Assembly (NCBI GenBank): GCA_964490075.1
Contig: CAZBBK010000040.1
Span: 1 to 49,262 of the forward strand
Direction: 5' to 3'
Source: an uncultured Gemmatimonadota bacterium
Lineage (GTDB): Bacteria > GCA-2686955
Length of the DNA stretch: 49,262 nt
Each line of letters opens with the position of its first letter. The stretch's first letter is position 1. Under the pieces are notes generated by a model that searched no databases, was not told where the DNA came from, and saw nothing but the letters and a program-made list of their open reading frames with translations. The translations under genes were made by a program, and so were the position numbers. Below, piece by piece: positions 39,028 through 49,174 of this stretch.

Positions 39028-40262
39028 GCGAGGGCGAACGCTCCGCGCGGGCGGTCCGATCTGAGGCGGCGGCCGGCGCGACGGCGGCCCTGCCCATGCG
39101 CATTCTGGTGATGAACTGGAACGACCGCTGCGATCCCCACGCCGGCGGGGCCGAGGTCCATCTGCACAGGATTTTCGGCCGCGCGGCGGCCCGCGGGCAC
39201 CAGGTGACGCTGCTCTGCAACCGCCCGCGCGGCGCGGCGCGACGCACCGAGCTGGACGGCATGCGGGTGCTGCGGGTCGGCCGTCGCAACACTTTCAACT
39301 ACCACGCCCCTTTTGCCTACTATCGGCATTTCCGGGGGCGGGTCGATGTGGTGGTCGACGCACTGAACAAGCTGCCCCTGATGGTGCCGCTCTTCGCGCG
39401 CGAGCCGGTGGTGGCCATCGTGCATCATCTTTTCGGGGCCACCGCGCTGCGCGAGATGAACTCGTTGGCCTCGGCCTACGTCGGCGCCTTCGAGTCGCTG
39501 GTGCCGCGCGTCTACCGCGACTGCCTGGTAGAGGTGATCAGCGATTCGACGCGCGACGATCTACGGCGCCGGGGACTGGATCGAGACGAGCAGATCCGTA
39601 CCGTGTTCTGCGGTCTAGACCAGGAGCTCTATCGGCCCGCCGCCGATCCGGCGGCGAGCCGCGACCGGCGGCCGATGCTGCTCTTCCTGGGGCGCATCAA
39701 GCGCTACAAATCGGTGGAGACGATCATCGAAGCTCTGCCGGAAATCCGCCGCCGGCTGCCGGAGACCCACTTGGTGATCGCGGGCGATGGCGACGATCTT
39801 CCGCGCTTGCGGGAGATTGCCCGGAGCCGTGGATTCGACGACGACGCCGTGCGTTTCACCGGGCTGGTGTCGGACCAGGAGAAAGTACGTCTCTACCGGC
39901 GCGCCTGGCTGGCCCTCATGCCTTCGCCGAAGGAGGGTTGGGGTCTGACGGTGGTCGAGGCCTCGGCCTGCGGCACGGCGGTGCTGGCCGCGGACTCGCC
40001 CGGCCTGAGGGAGTCGGTGGTCGATGGCGAAACCGGGTTTCTCTACCCCTTCGGCGATTCGGCTGCCTGCGCGCGCCACGCATTGCGGGTGCTGGACGAC
40101 GGCGCGCTGCGCGAGAAACTGGGGGCGGCCGGCCGGCGCTGGGCCGACCGCTTCACCTGGGAGGCGGCGACCGACGCCACGATCGCGCTGCTCCACGAGG
40201 CGCGGGAGCGGCACCTGCGCAGGGCGGGCGGCGCCGCGAAGCTGGTGAGTGATGCGGGCTAG
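39024..40262 (+). CDS. Glycosyltransferase family 4 (GT-B)
   Basis: 'MRILVMNW.D..P.AGGAE', 'LGRIKRYK', 'PSPKEGWGLTVVEA.ACG', 'ESVVDGETG'. Start GTG 39024 or ATG 39096. Confidence 0.92.
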   Translation: MSEGERSARAVRSEAAAGATAALPMRILVMNWNDRCDPHAGGAEVHLHRIFGRAAARGHQVTLLCNRPRGAARRTELDGMRVLRVGRRNTFNYHAPFAYYRHFRGRVDVVVDALNKLPLMVPLFAREPVVAIVHHLFGATALREMNSLASAYVGAFESLVPRVYRDCLVEVISDSTRDDLRRRGLDRDEQIRTVFCGLDQELYRPAADPAASRDRRPMLLFLGRIKRYKSVETIIEALPEIRRRLPETHLVIAGDGDDLPRLREIARSRGFDDDAVRFTGLVSDQEKVRLYRRAWLALMPSPKEGWGLTVVEASACGTAVLAADSPGLRESVVDGETGFLYPFGDSAACARHALRVLDDGALREKLGAAGRRWADRFTWEAATDATIALLHEARERHLRRAGGAAKLVSDAG

Positions 40263-41190
40263 AAAAGCGTTGCTGCTGGTGGCACGCCTGGCGGTCAGCG
40301 TGGTGTTGATCGCGACGGTGCTGGCCTGGGTCGACTGGCGCGAGGTGGCGCGCAGCTGGCTCTTCGCCGAGCCGATGTTGCTGCTGGCCTCGGCCGTGGT
40401 GCTGCTGCTCTCGAATCTACTGGGGGCGATGCAGTGGTACTGCCTGCTGCGCGCATCCTCCATCGATATCAGCCCGCTGGGGGCCTGCAAGGCCTATTTC
40501 GTAGGGCTCTTTTTCAACAACTTCCTGCCCTCGGGCATGGGCGGAGACGCGGTCAAGGTCTACGACGTGGGTTGGCGCAGCGGCCGCGCCGGCGACGTGC
40601 TGGCGGCCACCGCCGCCGACCGGCTGCTGGGCCTGGTGGTGCTCACCGCATTGGCACTGGTCGCGATGCTCGGCTCGGGACGAATGGCGGAGCTGCAGCG
40701 CAGCGCCTGGCTGGTGTGGCTCTTCTTCGGGGGTCTGGTGGGCGTGGTGGCGACCATCGCGCGGCCGGGTCTGGCGCGGCCCTTGAAGGTGCTGCTGCCG
40801 CTGGTGCCGGCAGCGATCCGGCAGCGCGGACGCGGGCTCTTCGATCGTCTGCATGCGCTGATACGCCGGCCGCGCTTGGTGCTGCCTTTGGCGCTGCTCT
40901 CCACCGCCATCCAGGCCGCGCGGGTGGCGGTGCACGCCCTGACCGGACTGGCCCTGGGGCTGAAGCTGCCGCTCTCGGTCTACGCATGCGTGGTGCCGGT
41001 GCTGGGCGTGCTGATCAACCTGCCCTCCATCAACGGCGTGGGGATTCGTGAAGGGGGCGGCGTGCTGCTCTTTGCCGAGGCTGGTGTGCGGCCCGAGATG
41101 GCGGTGTCGATGCAGCTCCTGACCTACGTGGTGATGGTCCTCCTGAGCCTGATCGGGGGCGTGCTCTTCGCACTCGGGAGGCGGCAATGA
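40249..41190 (+). CDS. Lysylphosphatidylglycerol-synthase TM / flippase-like membrane protein
   Basis: 'G.FFNNFLPS..GGD.VK', 'DRL.G', 'LPSING.G.RE'; multiple TM helices. Confidence 0.85.
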   Translation: MMRARKALLLVARLAVSVVLIATVLAWVDWREVARSWLFAEPMLLLASAVVLLLSNLLGAMQWYCLLRASSIDISPLGACKAYFVGLFFNNFLPSGMGGDAVKVYDVGWRSGRAGDVLAATAADRLLGLVVLTALALVAMLGSGRMAELQRSAWLVWLFFGGLVGVVATIARPGLARPLKVLLPLVPAAIRQRGRGLFDRLHALIRRPRLVLPLALLSTAIQAARVAVHALTGLALGLKLPLSVYACVVPVLGVLINLPSINGVGIREGGGVLLFAEAGVRPEMAVSMQLLTYVVMVLLSLIGGVLFALGRRQ

Positions 41191-43037
41191 AGGGCGAGCG
41201 AAGGCTGCGCTGGGACGCAACTACGGGGCGCGTGGCGATCGAGTTCCCCTACGACAACGCGTTGGTCGCGCTGGTGAGGGAGCTGCCGGGGCGCCGCTGG
41301 GATCCGGCGCGCAAGACCTGGTGGGCGCCGCTCGACGCGGCGAGCGAGGCGTTGCGCGTGCTGGAGCCGCGGGGCTTCGTGGTCGACCCGGAGCTCAAGC
41401 GCCGCGTGGAGGTGGGCGCGCCGCGGCGGCGCGACGACTCACTCGGGCGGGACGAAGAAATCGACTACCCGGAGATCGACGACGCGCCGCCGCTGGAGAT
41501 CCTCGACGGAAGCTGGGAGTGGGCTCCCGTCGCGTCCTCTCCTCACCCCGACCCCGAGCCCGAGCCCGAGCCCGCTCCCGCACCCCACCCCCGCCCCCCC
41601 CCCCCCACCACCCCCCCCCCCCAGACCCTCAGCGAGCTCAACCGCCGCGTCAGAGAAACCCTGCGGGCCCGCTTCCCGACATCGATCTGGGTGGTCGGGC
41701 AGGTCTCGGGCTGGGATCGCAACGCCCACAAGAACCACGTCTTCTTCGAGCTCAGCGAAAAGGACGCGGCGGACGAGCGCGACCTGGCGCGGGTCACCGC
41801 CGTGCTCTTCGGCGGCAAGCGCTCGCGCGTGGTGCGCAAGCTCGACGAGGCCCCGGAGTCGATTCGCATGCAGGACGGCGTGCAGGTGCGCCTGTTGGTG
41901 CGGGTCGACCTCTACGCCGCGAGCGGCAGCTACCAGGTGGTGGTCGAAGACGTCGATCCCGACTACACCCTGGGCGCACTGGCCTTGCAGCGCGAGCGGG
42001 TGTGGAAGGAGCTGGAGAAGCGGGGGGTGGCGTCGCGGAACCTCGATCTGCCGCACCCCCCCCTGCCCCTGCGTCTCGCCCTGATCACCAGCTGGGGCTC
42101 CGACGCCGCCAACGACGTGTTGGCGGAACTGCGCCGTTCCGGATACGCGTTTCGGGTCGACGTCCACGATTCCTACATGCAGGGCGAGAACCTGCGCAGC
42201 TCGGTCTGCGCCGCCCTGCAGCGTGTCGCCGCCGCGACGCAGCGCTACGATCTCTGCCTGATCTGCCGCGGGGGAGGCAGCCGCACCGACCTGGCGTGGT
42301 TCGACGATTTGCAGGTCGCGGAGGCGGTGGCCACGCTGCCCCTGAAGGTGGTGGTCGGGATCGGTCACCACCGCGATTGCTCGGTGCTCGACCTGATCGC
42401 CCACTCCGAGAAGACGCCGACCGCCGCCGCCGCCCACCTGGTGGCGTCGGTGGCGGCCTGCGAGGCCCGCCTGGAGGAGTCGGCGGCCGACCTGGTGCGC
42501 CACGCCGAGGCCGCTTTTCGCGGCGCACGCCTCGACTTGAGCCACGCCGGTGCTCGTTTCCGCCGCGCGGCGCGCTCCGCGACGCTGCTGGCGGGGGAGC
42601 TCCTGGAGGGTGAGGCGCGGCGCCTGCGGCGCACGGCGAGCCAGTCGCTGGCGAGGGCCCAGGCGGCTCTGGCCGAGAGCGCCGCCACCGGCTCCTTCCT
42701 GGCCCGCGCCTCGTTCGACCGGGAGCAGCGCGAGCTCGGCCGTTTGACCGAGCTGCTGGGCGCGCACACCGCCCGCGTGCTGGCGCTGGAAAGCCAGCGC
42801 CTGAGCTCCGCTGCGCGCGAGATCCAGGCCCAGGATCCGCGCCGGCTGCTGGCCCGCGGATTCGCGATTCTGCGGGCCGGCCCAGATCGAGCAGTCCTCG
42901 CGGACGCGGCCAGGGTGGAGCCCGGGAGCCGCATCGCGATCGAGATGAGAGACGGCGAGCTCGACGCGCGCGTCGAAGCCGTGCGCCGCAAACCGTCATC
43001 GGCCGACGAGGCCGAGAAGCAAGGGAACTGTCAATGA
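41187..43037 (+). CDS. xseA: Exodeoxyribonuclease VII large subunit with an N-terminal extension
   Basis: 'LSELN..V...L...F..IWV.G.VS', 'H.FF.L', 'CRGGGS..DL.WF', 'GIGH..D', 'TPTAAA', 'DP...L.RGF'; ~145 extra N-terminal residues. Confidence 0.92.
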   Translation: MKGERRLRWDATTGRVAIEFPYDNALVALVRELPGRRWDPARKTWWAPLDAASEALRVLEPRGFVVDPELKRRVEVGAPRRRDDSLGRDEEIDYPEIDDAPPLEILDGSWEWAPVASSPHPDPEPEPEPAPAPHPRPPPPTTPPPQTLSELNRRVRETLRARFPTSIWVVGQVSGWDRNAHKNHVFFELSEKDAADERDLARVTAVLFGGKRSRVVRKLDEAPESIRMQDGVQVRLLVRVDLYAASGSYQVVVEDVDPDYTLGALALQRERVWKELEKRGVASRNLDLPHPPLPLRLALITSWGSDAANDVLAELRRSGYAFRVDVHDSYMQGENLRSSVCAALQRVAAATQRYDLCLICRGGGSRTDLAWFDDLQVAEAVATLPLKVVVGIGHHRDCSVLDLIAHSEKTPTAAAAHLVASVAACEARLEESAADLVRHAEAAFRGARLDLSHAGARFRRAARSATLLAGELLEGEARRLRRTASQSLARAQAALAESAATGSFLARASFDREQRELGRLTELLGAHTARVLALESQRLSSAAREIQAQDPRRLLARGFAILRAGPDRAVLADAARVEPGSRIAIEMRDGELDARVEAVRRKPSSADEAEKQGNCQ

Positions 43038-43312
43038 GCGACCGACCTTCCCCCGACCAGCCCCAATCCGCCCAGAGCTATGCCGCCGCGAGCCGGCGCA
43101 TCGAGGAGATCCTGGCCCAGCTGGAACAGAGCGAACGGGTCGATGTCGACCACCTGGCCGAACGGGTCGCGGAGGCCTCTTCTTTGATCCGCCACTGCCG
43201 GGACCGATTGCGCGAGACCGAGATCACCATCGGCCGCATCGTCGACGAGCTGGCGGCCGATGCGCCCAAGGCAACGGAGACGCAAGGGGAACAGGGCGAT
43301 AAGGTCGGCTGA
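43034..43312 (+). CDS. xseB: Exodeoxyribonuclease VII small subunit
   Basis: 'SY.AA..RIEEI..QLE...VD.L...V.EA..LI..CR..L..TE'; ATGA overlap with xseA. Confidence 0.88.
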   Translation: MSDRPSPDQPQSAQSYAAASRRIEEILAQLEQSERVDVDHLAERVAEASSLIRHCRDRLRETEITIGRIVDELAADAPKATETQGEQGDKVG

Positions 43313-43427
43313 GCAGCACCGAGATGTGCTAGAGGTTGATGTTCGGACCCGCGCGCGAGCCGGCGCGTAACAGGCTCCTGGATTCCCGCCGCGGCGGCAG
43401 CGCGGACGGTGAACGCGAAAGGACTGG

Positions 43428-44639
43428 ATGAGATTCGAAGAGCTGGACCTCGCCGAGCCCGTGCTGCGGGCGGTGGTGGCCTGTGGCTACACCGAGCCGA
43501 CCCCGATCCAGGGGTCGACGATCCCCGAGATCCTCGACGGTCGGGACCTGCTGGGGGCCGCCCAGACCGGCACCGGCAAGACCGCGGCTTTTGCCCTGCC
43601 GATCCTGGACGACCTCGACTACGTCGGCGGGCGTGGCCACATGGTGCTGGTGCTCACCCCGACCCGCGAGCTGGCCCAACAGGTGTCGGCGTCGTTCCGC
43701 ACCTACGGCCGCTACCTCTCGGTCGACGTCGCCACGCTGGTTGGCGGCGAGGGCTTCGGCAAGCAGCTGCAGGCCATCTCGCGCGGCTCTCAGGTCGTGG
43801 TCGCCACCCCCGGGCGCCTGCTCGACCACTTGCAGCGCGGCAATGTGCGCTTCCCCGAGCTGCGCACTCTGGTGCTCGACGAGGCCGACCGGATGCTCGA
43901 CATGGGCTTCATCCACGACGTCCGACGCATCGTGCGGCGCCTGCCGCGCAAGCGCCAGGCTCTGCTCTTCTCCGCCACCCTGGGGCCCGAAGTCGAGGGC
44001 CTGGCACGCGACATCCTGCACGACCCGGTGCGGGTCGGCGTCAAGCCCGAGTACCAGACCGTGGATCAGGTCGATCAGGTCTTGCACCCGGTCGAGGCGA
44101 GCCACAAGCGGCGCCTGATGCTGCACTTGCTGTCCAGCGACGGCTGGGACCAGGTGTTGATCTTCGCCCGCACCCGGCGCGGCGCGGAGACTCTGGCGAT
44201 GGTGCTGCGCAACAGGGGCGTGAAGGTGGAGCAGATCCACGGCGATCGCAGCCAGAAGGAGCGCAACGCGGCCCTGAGCGCGTTCAAGGAGGGCCGGGTT
44301 CCGGTGCTGGTGGCGACCGACGTCGCCTCCCGCGGCCTCGACATCCGCGGCATCTCGCATGTCGTCAACTTCGACATGCCCTCCAACCCCGAAGAGTACG
44401 TGCATCGCATCGGCCGCACAGCCCGCGCCGGAGCCAGCGGGCACGCGGCGACCTTGGTCACGTTGGAGGACTGGGCGACGGTGCGCGAGATCGAGCGAGC
44501 CATCGGCCTGGAGATACCGCGCCAGGTGGTTCCGGAGTTCGAGCCTCCGTGGCGTGAACCGGTGAGCTCCGGTCCCAGAGACTGGGACGGCAAAGGGATC
44601 AAGGTGGTCTATTCGGCCTTTGGGTCGGCGAAGAAATAG
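43428..44639 (+). CDS. DEAD-box RNA helicase
   Basis: Q motif 'PTPIQ', 'AQTGTGKT', 'PTRELA', 'TPGRL', 'DEAD', 'SAT', 'RGLD', 'HRIGRTAR'. Confidence 0.95.
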   Translation: MRFEELDLAEPVLRAVVACGYTEPTPIQGSTIPEILDGRDLLGAAQTGTGKTAAFALPILDDLDYVGGRGHMVLVLTPTRELAQQVSASFRTYGRYLSVDVATLVGGEGFGKQLQAISRGSQVVVATPGRLLDHLQRGNVRFPELRTLVLDEADRMLDMGFIHDVRRIVRRLPRKRQALLFSATLGPEVEGLARDILHDPVRVGVKPEYQTVDQVDQVLHPVEASHKRRLMLHLLSSDGWDQVLIFARTRRGAETLAMVLRNRGVKVEQIHGDRSQKERNAALSAFKEGRVPVLVATDVASRGLDIRGISHVVNFDMPSNPEEYVHRIGRTARAGASGHAATLVTLEDWATVREIERAIGLEIPRQVVPEFEPPWREPVSSGPRDWDGKGIKVVYSAFGSAKK

Positions 44640-44847
44640 CTCCCGTGTTTGCATCCCATCTGCACCGTATCTCCGGCCGATCGGCGAGCTCCGAAATCCT
44701 CGAAGTAGCGCTGCTACTTCTCCGGTTTCGGAACTCACCGATCGACCGGATCTACGGCACGTCTGGGCGCAAACCCGGGAAGTTGTTTCTTCGCCGACCC
44801 TTTGGCGCGAAGGCGGGCGGCGAGCAGCGTTCCTGAAGAGAAGAAAG

Positions 44848-45507
44848 ATGGTGGACCTTCCCGAGATCGCTCCGCTGCTGCCTCTGCCCGATCATGTGTT
44901 GCTACCTTTTCTGCCGACTCCCTATCGGCTTTTCCAGCCTTCCCACCTGTCGCTGGCGCGTGCGCTCTTGGACAAGGAACGACGCAAGCGTTGGGTGGCG
45001 GTCCCCAGACTCGAGGGGGAAGCCGATGCCGAAGGTGGGGGGGACGACGCGCCCTTCTCTTCTCTGGCGGTGGCCGCGCGGGTGCACCAGCTCCTGCCCC
45101 TGGCCAGCGACCACTACTTGATGCTGGCAGAGGGCCGGGCGCGGGTGCGCCTCACCGAGGCCGAATCGGATCTCGGCTTTCGCCTCGCCTGGCTGCAGGC
45201 TCTGCCCGACGAGGTGGATGTTCTCGGCGACCCCGATCCCGACACCGTGGTGCGCCTGGCGCGGCTCTTGGCCGACCACGAGGGCGGCTCGGTGCTGTCG
45301 ATCGACAGCCTGCTCTCCGACTCGCCCGACGCCGGCGTGCTGGCCTGGAGGGTGGCCGGCGCCTATCTCCGAGATGCCGACCAGCGGCAGCAGATTCTGG
45401 GGCTGCCGAATGCTCGCGCGCGACTGCAGCGGATCGAGGAGATCCTGGAGCAGACCTTGCAGCGTAGCGCTCGTCGCAACGGTGGACCGCCGGTGGCGGA
45501 GGACTGA
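44848..45507 (+). CDS. Stand-alone Lon N-terminal substrate-binding-like domain protein
   Basis: 'PLLPLP..VLLP....PYRLFQP', 'Y.MLAEG..R', 'RQQIL......ARL'. Confidence 0.7.
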   Translation: MVDLPEIAPLLPLPDHVLLPFLPTPYRLFQPSHLSLARALLDKERRKRWVAVPRLEGEADAEGGGDDAPFSSLAVAARVHQLLPLASDHYLMLAEGRARVRLTEAESDLGFRLAWLQALPDEVDVLGDPDPDTVVRLARLLADHEGGSVLSIDSLLSDSPDAGVLAWRVAGAYLRDADQRQQILGLPNARARLQRIEEILEQTLQRSARRNGGPPVAED

Positions 45508-45516
45508 GGAAACGCT

Positions 45517-46800
45517 GTGCCGGCGGCCGCGAACAAACCCCTGTTCCTCACAATGTTGTTGCTGCTGCTGGCGGCTCTGGTGGAGGCCGGCTCGTTGGCG
45601 GCGATCGCGCTCTTGAAAAGCGCCAAGGGCATCGAATACGGGCCGCTGAGCACCACTCAGTTGCCGCCGGAGCACCGCCGGTCGCTGGAGCGCCTGGTGA
45701 GTGGAGAGGCGCCGTACTATTGCTTCAGTCCCGAGCTGGGCTGGGGCATCAAGAGCAATGGCAGGGTCTCTCTCTACCGAGCCAACTCCCAAGGAATTCG
45801 CGGCGACCGTGACTACACCCGGGCACTGCCGCAGGACTCGCTGCGGATCAGCACCTTCGGCGACTCGTTCACCCACTGCAACGATGTCGTCAACGCAGAT
45901 ACCTGGCAGAGCCAATTGCAGGAGATGCATCCTGGCCTCGAGGTGATCAACTTTGGCGTCTCCGCCTTCGGCCTCGACCAGGCGTTGCTGCGCTACCGGC
46001 ACCAGGGGCGCGAGTTCGCATCCGATATCGTCTTCATCGGTTACATGTCGGAAAACATCCAACGCCACATCAACGTCTACCGACCCTTCTACGCCGCCGC
46101 GGCATTCACCATCGAGACGCCGCTGGCCAAACCTCGTTTCGTGGCCGAAAGCGACACTTTGCGGCTGCTGCCCAATCCCATGACGGGGCTGGAGAGCTAC
46201 CGGGAGCTGTTGCGGCGACCCGCAGAGATGCTGCACGAGCTGGGCCGGAACGACTGCTACTTCCAGAACAAGTACCACCGCGGCGCCGGCGACGTTCTGG
46301 CGAGCGTGCGCTGCTTCAAGATGTTTCGATACGAGCTGGCGCTGCGCTTGGACGATTCCATCAGGCTCTATGAGCGCGGCTTCTACTACAACAGCGAATC
46401 GGAGGCCTTCGCGGTGACGGTCGGTCTCTTCGATGCCTTCGTCGCTGAGGCTCTGCGCGAGGGCGCTCTGCCCCTGATCGTGATCTTGCCCTCACGCGCG
46501 GATCTGTTGCGCTACCGCGAGCAGGGGACCGTGGTCTACGAGCCTCTGTTGCGGCACCTGGAGAGGCGCGGTCACCCTTGCGTCGATCTGATGGATGCGT
46601 TCCAGGCCTACGGCGGGGAGCACAGCATCGAGGAGCTCTTCATCTGGCACTACGCGCCGCTCGGCAACGAAATCGTGGCGCGCTTCCTGCTCGAAGAGCT
46701 TCAGCGGCGCGGGCTCCTGGAGAGGCGGGCGGTTCGCCAACGCGTGGCGACACTTACCGCGACACGCGACGCCTCTTCTTCGGCAGACCCTGGTAGCTGA
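45517..46800 (+). CDS. Membrane-anchored SGNH/GDSL hydrolase-like protein
   Basis: N-terminal TM; 'NSQGIRG', 'FGDSFT', 'VINFGVSAFG.DQ', 'HY.P.GN..VA'. Confidence 0.8.
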   Translation: MPAAANKPLFLTMLLLLLAALVEAGSLAAIALLKSAKGIEYGPLSTTQLPPEHRRSLERLVSGEAPYYCFSPELGWGIKSNGRVSLYRANSQGIRGDRDYTRALPQDSLRISTFGDSFTHCNDVVNADTWQSQLQEMHPGLEVINFGVSAFGLDQALLRYRHQGREFASDIVFIGYMSENIQRHINVYRPFYAAAAFTIETPLAKPRFVAESDTLRLLPNPMTGLESYRELLRRPAEMLHELGRNDCYFQNKYHRGAGDVLASVRCFKMFRYELALRLDDSIRLYERGFYYNSESEAFAVTVGLFDAFVAEALREGALPLIVILPSRADLLRYREQGTVVYEPLLRHLERRGHPCVDLMDAFQAYGGEHSIEELFIWHYAPLGNEIVARFLLEELQRRGLLERRAVRQRVATLTATRDASSSADPGS

Positions 46801-49174
46801 AGCGTCCGTCGGGCTCTGCTGCGTAGCCGATGGCGTTCAGCACGCCGTGAGCCTCTTGGAGATCGCAGCCCAGCCAACTCGGCAGCTCGACGGGGAATTC
46901 GAAGGCGCCCGACTTGCGCCGCTTCCGGAGCATCGAGGCGACTCGCTCGAAGATATCGGCGCGGATCCAGCGCGGACCGGTTTGCACGTAGCCCAGGGCG
47001 CGGCCCAGGGCCGGGGGCTGGAGGGCGTCGCGCGGAAGCGAAGGGCGGCCCAGCCCCGGAAGATCGTCCGGCTCGTGCTGATCCAGGCCCAGAGACCACA
47101 GCGTGGCGCGGGCTCGCATCGACGCGGGGCGCAGCAGGGAGCGCACGTAGACGGTTCGGGAACCGAGGCGGATGTCGAGCCGCGGCAGGACCTTGCGCTC
47201 CTCGTCCCCGAGCAGCTTGAGAAGGTCTCTGACATCTTTGCGGCGCACGAAGCCCCAGCCTTCGCGCAGCCGATAGCAGATCGCCCGGCCGCTGGCGCCG
47301 AGCGCCGCGGCGCAGGGGCGATCGAGGGGGGCGAAGAGCTCGGCGACGTGGTCCGCGGCCACAGCCTGCAGGCGCCGGCGCAGGCGTGCCTTCATGCCGC
47401 CGTCGAGCAGCTCGCTGTCGAGCGGCTCGGCGGAGGGCCGCAGCGCACTCTCGCCCCGCACCAGCCGTCCCACCGGCACCTGCCGCCAGCGAATCCAGCC
47501 CATGGAATCGACCACGAAGGCGTCGTGGGGCGTTTCGATCAGGTCGCGGATCCGCTGCTCCGCATGGGGTCCCAGGCCGCGTTCCACCAACGAGCGCACC
47601 AGCTGATCGAGCCCTGCCACCGCCTCGAACTCGACGCCGCGCAGCCGTCCGACCAGAATCCCCGCTGCCTCGACGCTCCCGGCCTCGTCGACCCTGAGCT
47701 CGCATTCCCGGCCGCGGGTCTGTCGCGACAGCACGACGGATGCGCGGCGGTCGACGAAGCGCTGAGTCAGGCCGAGATGCAGGGCATCGGAGAGGCGATC
47801 CTCGATCTCGCGGCTGCGCGCCTGCCAGTGCTCGGGGTCGCGCACCCAGCCAGGATGATGGGAGATATAGGTCCAGGTGCGGATGGCGGCGATGCGTCCC
47901 ATCAGGGTCTCGAAGTCGCCTTCGGGGTCGTCGATCCGCGCGATCTCGCGTGCCACCCAATCCTCTGGGATTCCTCCCTCACCGCTCTGGAGGTGCTCGA
48001 AGAGCTGCGCCAGCAGCTGCAGGTGGCCGGCCGATATCCGCCCGGCGAAGTCGGGAACGCCGCACACTTCCCAAAGCTGTCGCAGCCCCTCTTCCCGCTC
48101 CGCATGCGGCCTCAGCGTGGGGCGCTCGAGCAGCTCGTCGAAGGCGCGCTGGTCGTCGGCTCTGCGCTGCACGCGCAGGAAGGGCTCCGGAGCGGCCGCC
48201 CCCAGGGTGGCCCGCAGGTCGTTCACCGAGCTGAAGTCGAGGCGCGACTCGCGAAAGCGCAGCTCGGTGATCGGGGGAAAGGAGTGGGTCTCGACCGCTT
48301 CCACCAGAGACGGGGGCAGGGGACCGAGGGGCGCCATCGAGCCGAAGCTGCCATTGCTGCGAAAACGGCCCGCTCGCCCGGCGATCTGCGCCAGCTCGGA
48401 CGCTCGCAGGTCGCGGAACTTGGTGCCGTCGAACTTGCGCAGTGACGCGATCGCCACGTGATCGACGTCCAGGTTGAGCCCCATGCCGATGGCGTCGGTG
48501 GCGACGATATGGTGCACCTCGCCCGCTTCGTAGAGGGCGACCTGGGCGTTGCGGGCGCGCGGCGAGAGCGCCCCCAGCACCACCGCCGCGCCGCCGTGAC
48601 GGCGTCGCAGCCGCTCGGCGATCTCGTAGACGTCGGCGGCCGAGAAGGCGATCACCGCGCTGCGCGGCGGAAGCTGGTGCAGCTTGCGCGAACCGATGCA
48701 GGTCAGGGTCGACAGGCGCGGGCGGGTCTGGACCGCGACACTCGGCACCAGCCGCCGCAGCAATCCCTCGATGGGGGCGGCGCCCAGGAAGAGGGTCTCC
48801 TCGGCGCCCCTCGCGTGCAGGATCCGGTCCGTGAAGACATGTCCACGTTCGTCGTGCTCGGCGAGCTGCACCTCGTCGATCGCCAGGAAGTCGACCCGCT
48901 GATCGGTCGGCATCGCTTCCACCGTGCAGACGAAGTAACGCGGGTCGGGAGGGATTCGTTTCTCTTCGCCGGTGATCAGCGCCACCGCCTGGGCGCCGGC
49001 CAGGGCCGCGACCGAGTCGTATACCTCGCGGGCCAGAAGCCGCAGCGGCAACCCGATCATCCCCGTCGGGTGCGAGAGCATGCGCTCCACGGCGAGGTGG
49101 GTCTTGCCGGTGTTGGTGGGGCCGAGCACCGCCTCGATCCGCAACGGGAGAGACGACCGGTCCGGGGTTCTCAA
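46754..49174 (-). CDS. SUV3-like superfamily II helicase
   Basis: 'VLGPTNTGKTH', 'PLRLLARE', 'LITGEE', 'CTVEAM', 'IDEVQ', 'ATDAIGMGLNL', 'QIAGRAGR'; AGGAG RBS before TTG. Confidence 0.9.
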   Translation of the reverse strand: MRTPDRSSLPLRIEAVLGPTNTGKTHLAVERMLSHPTGMIGLPLRLLAREVYDSVAALAGAQAVALITGEEKRIPPDPRYFVCTVEAMPTDQRVDFLAIDEVQLAEHDERGHVFTDRILHARGAEETLFLGAAPIEGLLRRLVPSVAVQTRPRLSTLTCIGSRKLHQLPPRSAVIAFSAADVYEIAERLRRRHGGAAVVLGALSPRARNAQVALYEAGEVHHIVATDAIGMGLNLDVDHVAIASLRKFDGTKFRDLRASELAQIAGRAGRFRSNGSFGSMAPLGPLPPSLVEAVETHSFPPITELRFRESRLDFSSVNDLRATLGAAAPEPFLRVQRRADDQRAFDELLERPTLRPHAEREEGLRQLWEVCGVPDFAGRISAGHLQLLAQLFEHLQSGEGGIPEDWVAREIARIDDPEGDFETLMGRIAAIRTWTYISHHPGWVRDPEHWQARSREIEDRLSDALHLGLTQRFVDRRASVVLSRQTRGRECELRVDEAGSVEAAGILVGRLRGVEFEAVAGLDQLVRSLVERGLGPHAEQRIRDLIETPHDAFVVDSMGWIRWRQVPVGRLVRGESALRPSAEPLDSELLDGGMKARLRRRLQAVAADHVAELFAPLDRPCAAALGASGRAICYRLREGWGFVRRKDVRDLLKLLGDEERKVLPRLDIRLGSRTVYVRSLLRPASMRARATLWSLGLDQHEPDDLPGLGRPSLPRDALQPPALGRALGYVQTGPRWIRADIFERVASMLRKRRKSGAFEFPVELPSWLGCDLQEAHGVLNAIGYAAEPDGRFSYQGLPKKRRRVSR

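Noticed and set aside
46595-48445. Plus-strand 616-aa ORF
   Set aside because: Antisense shadow of the SUV3-like helicase.
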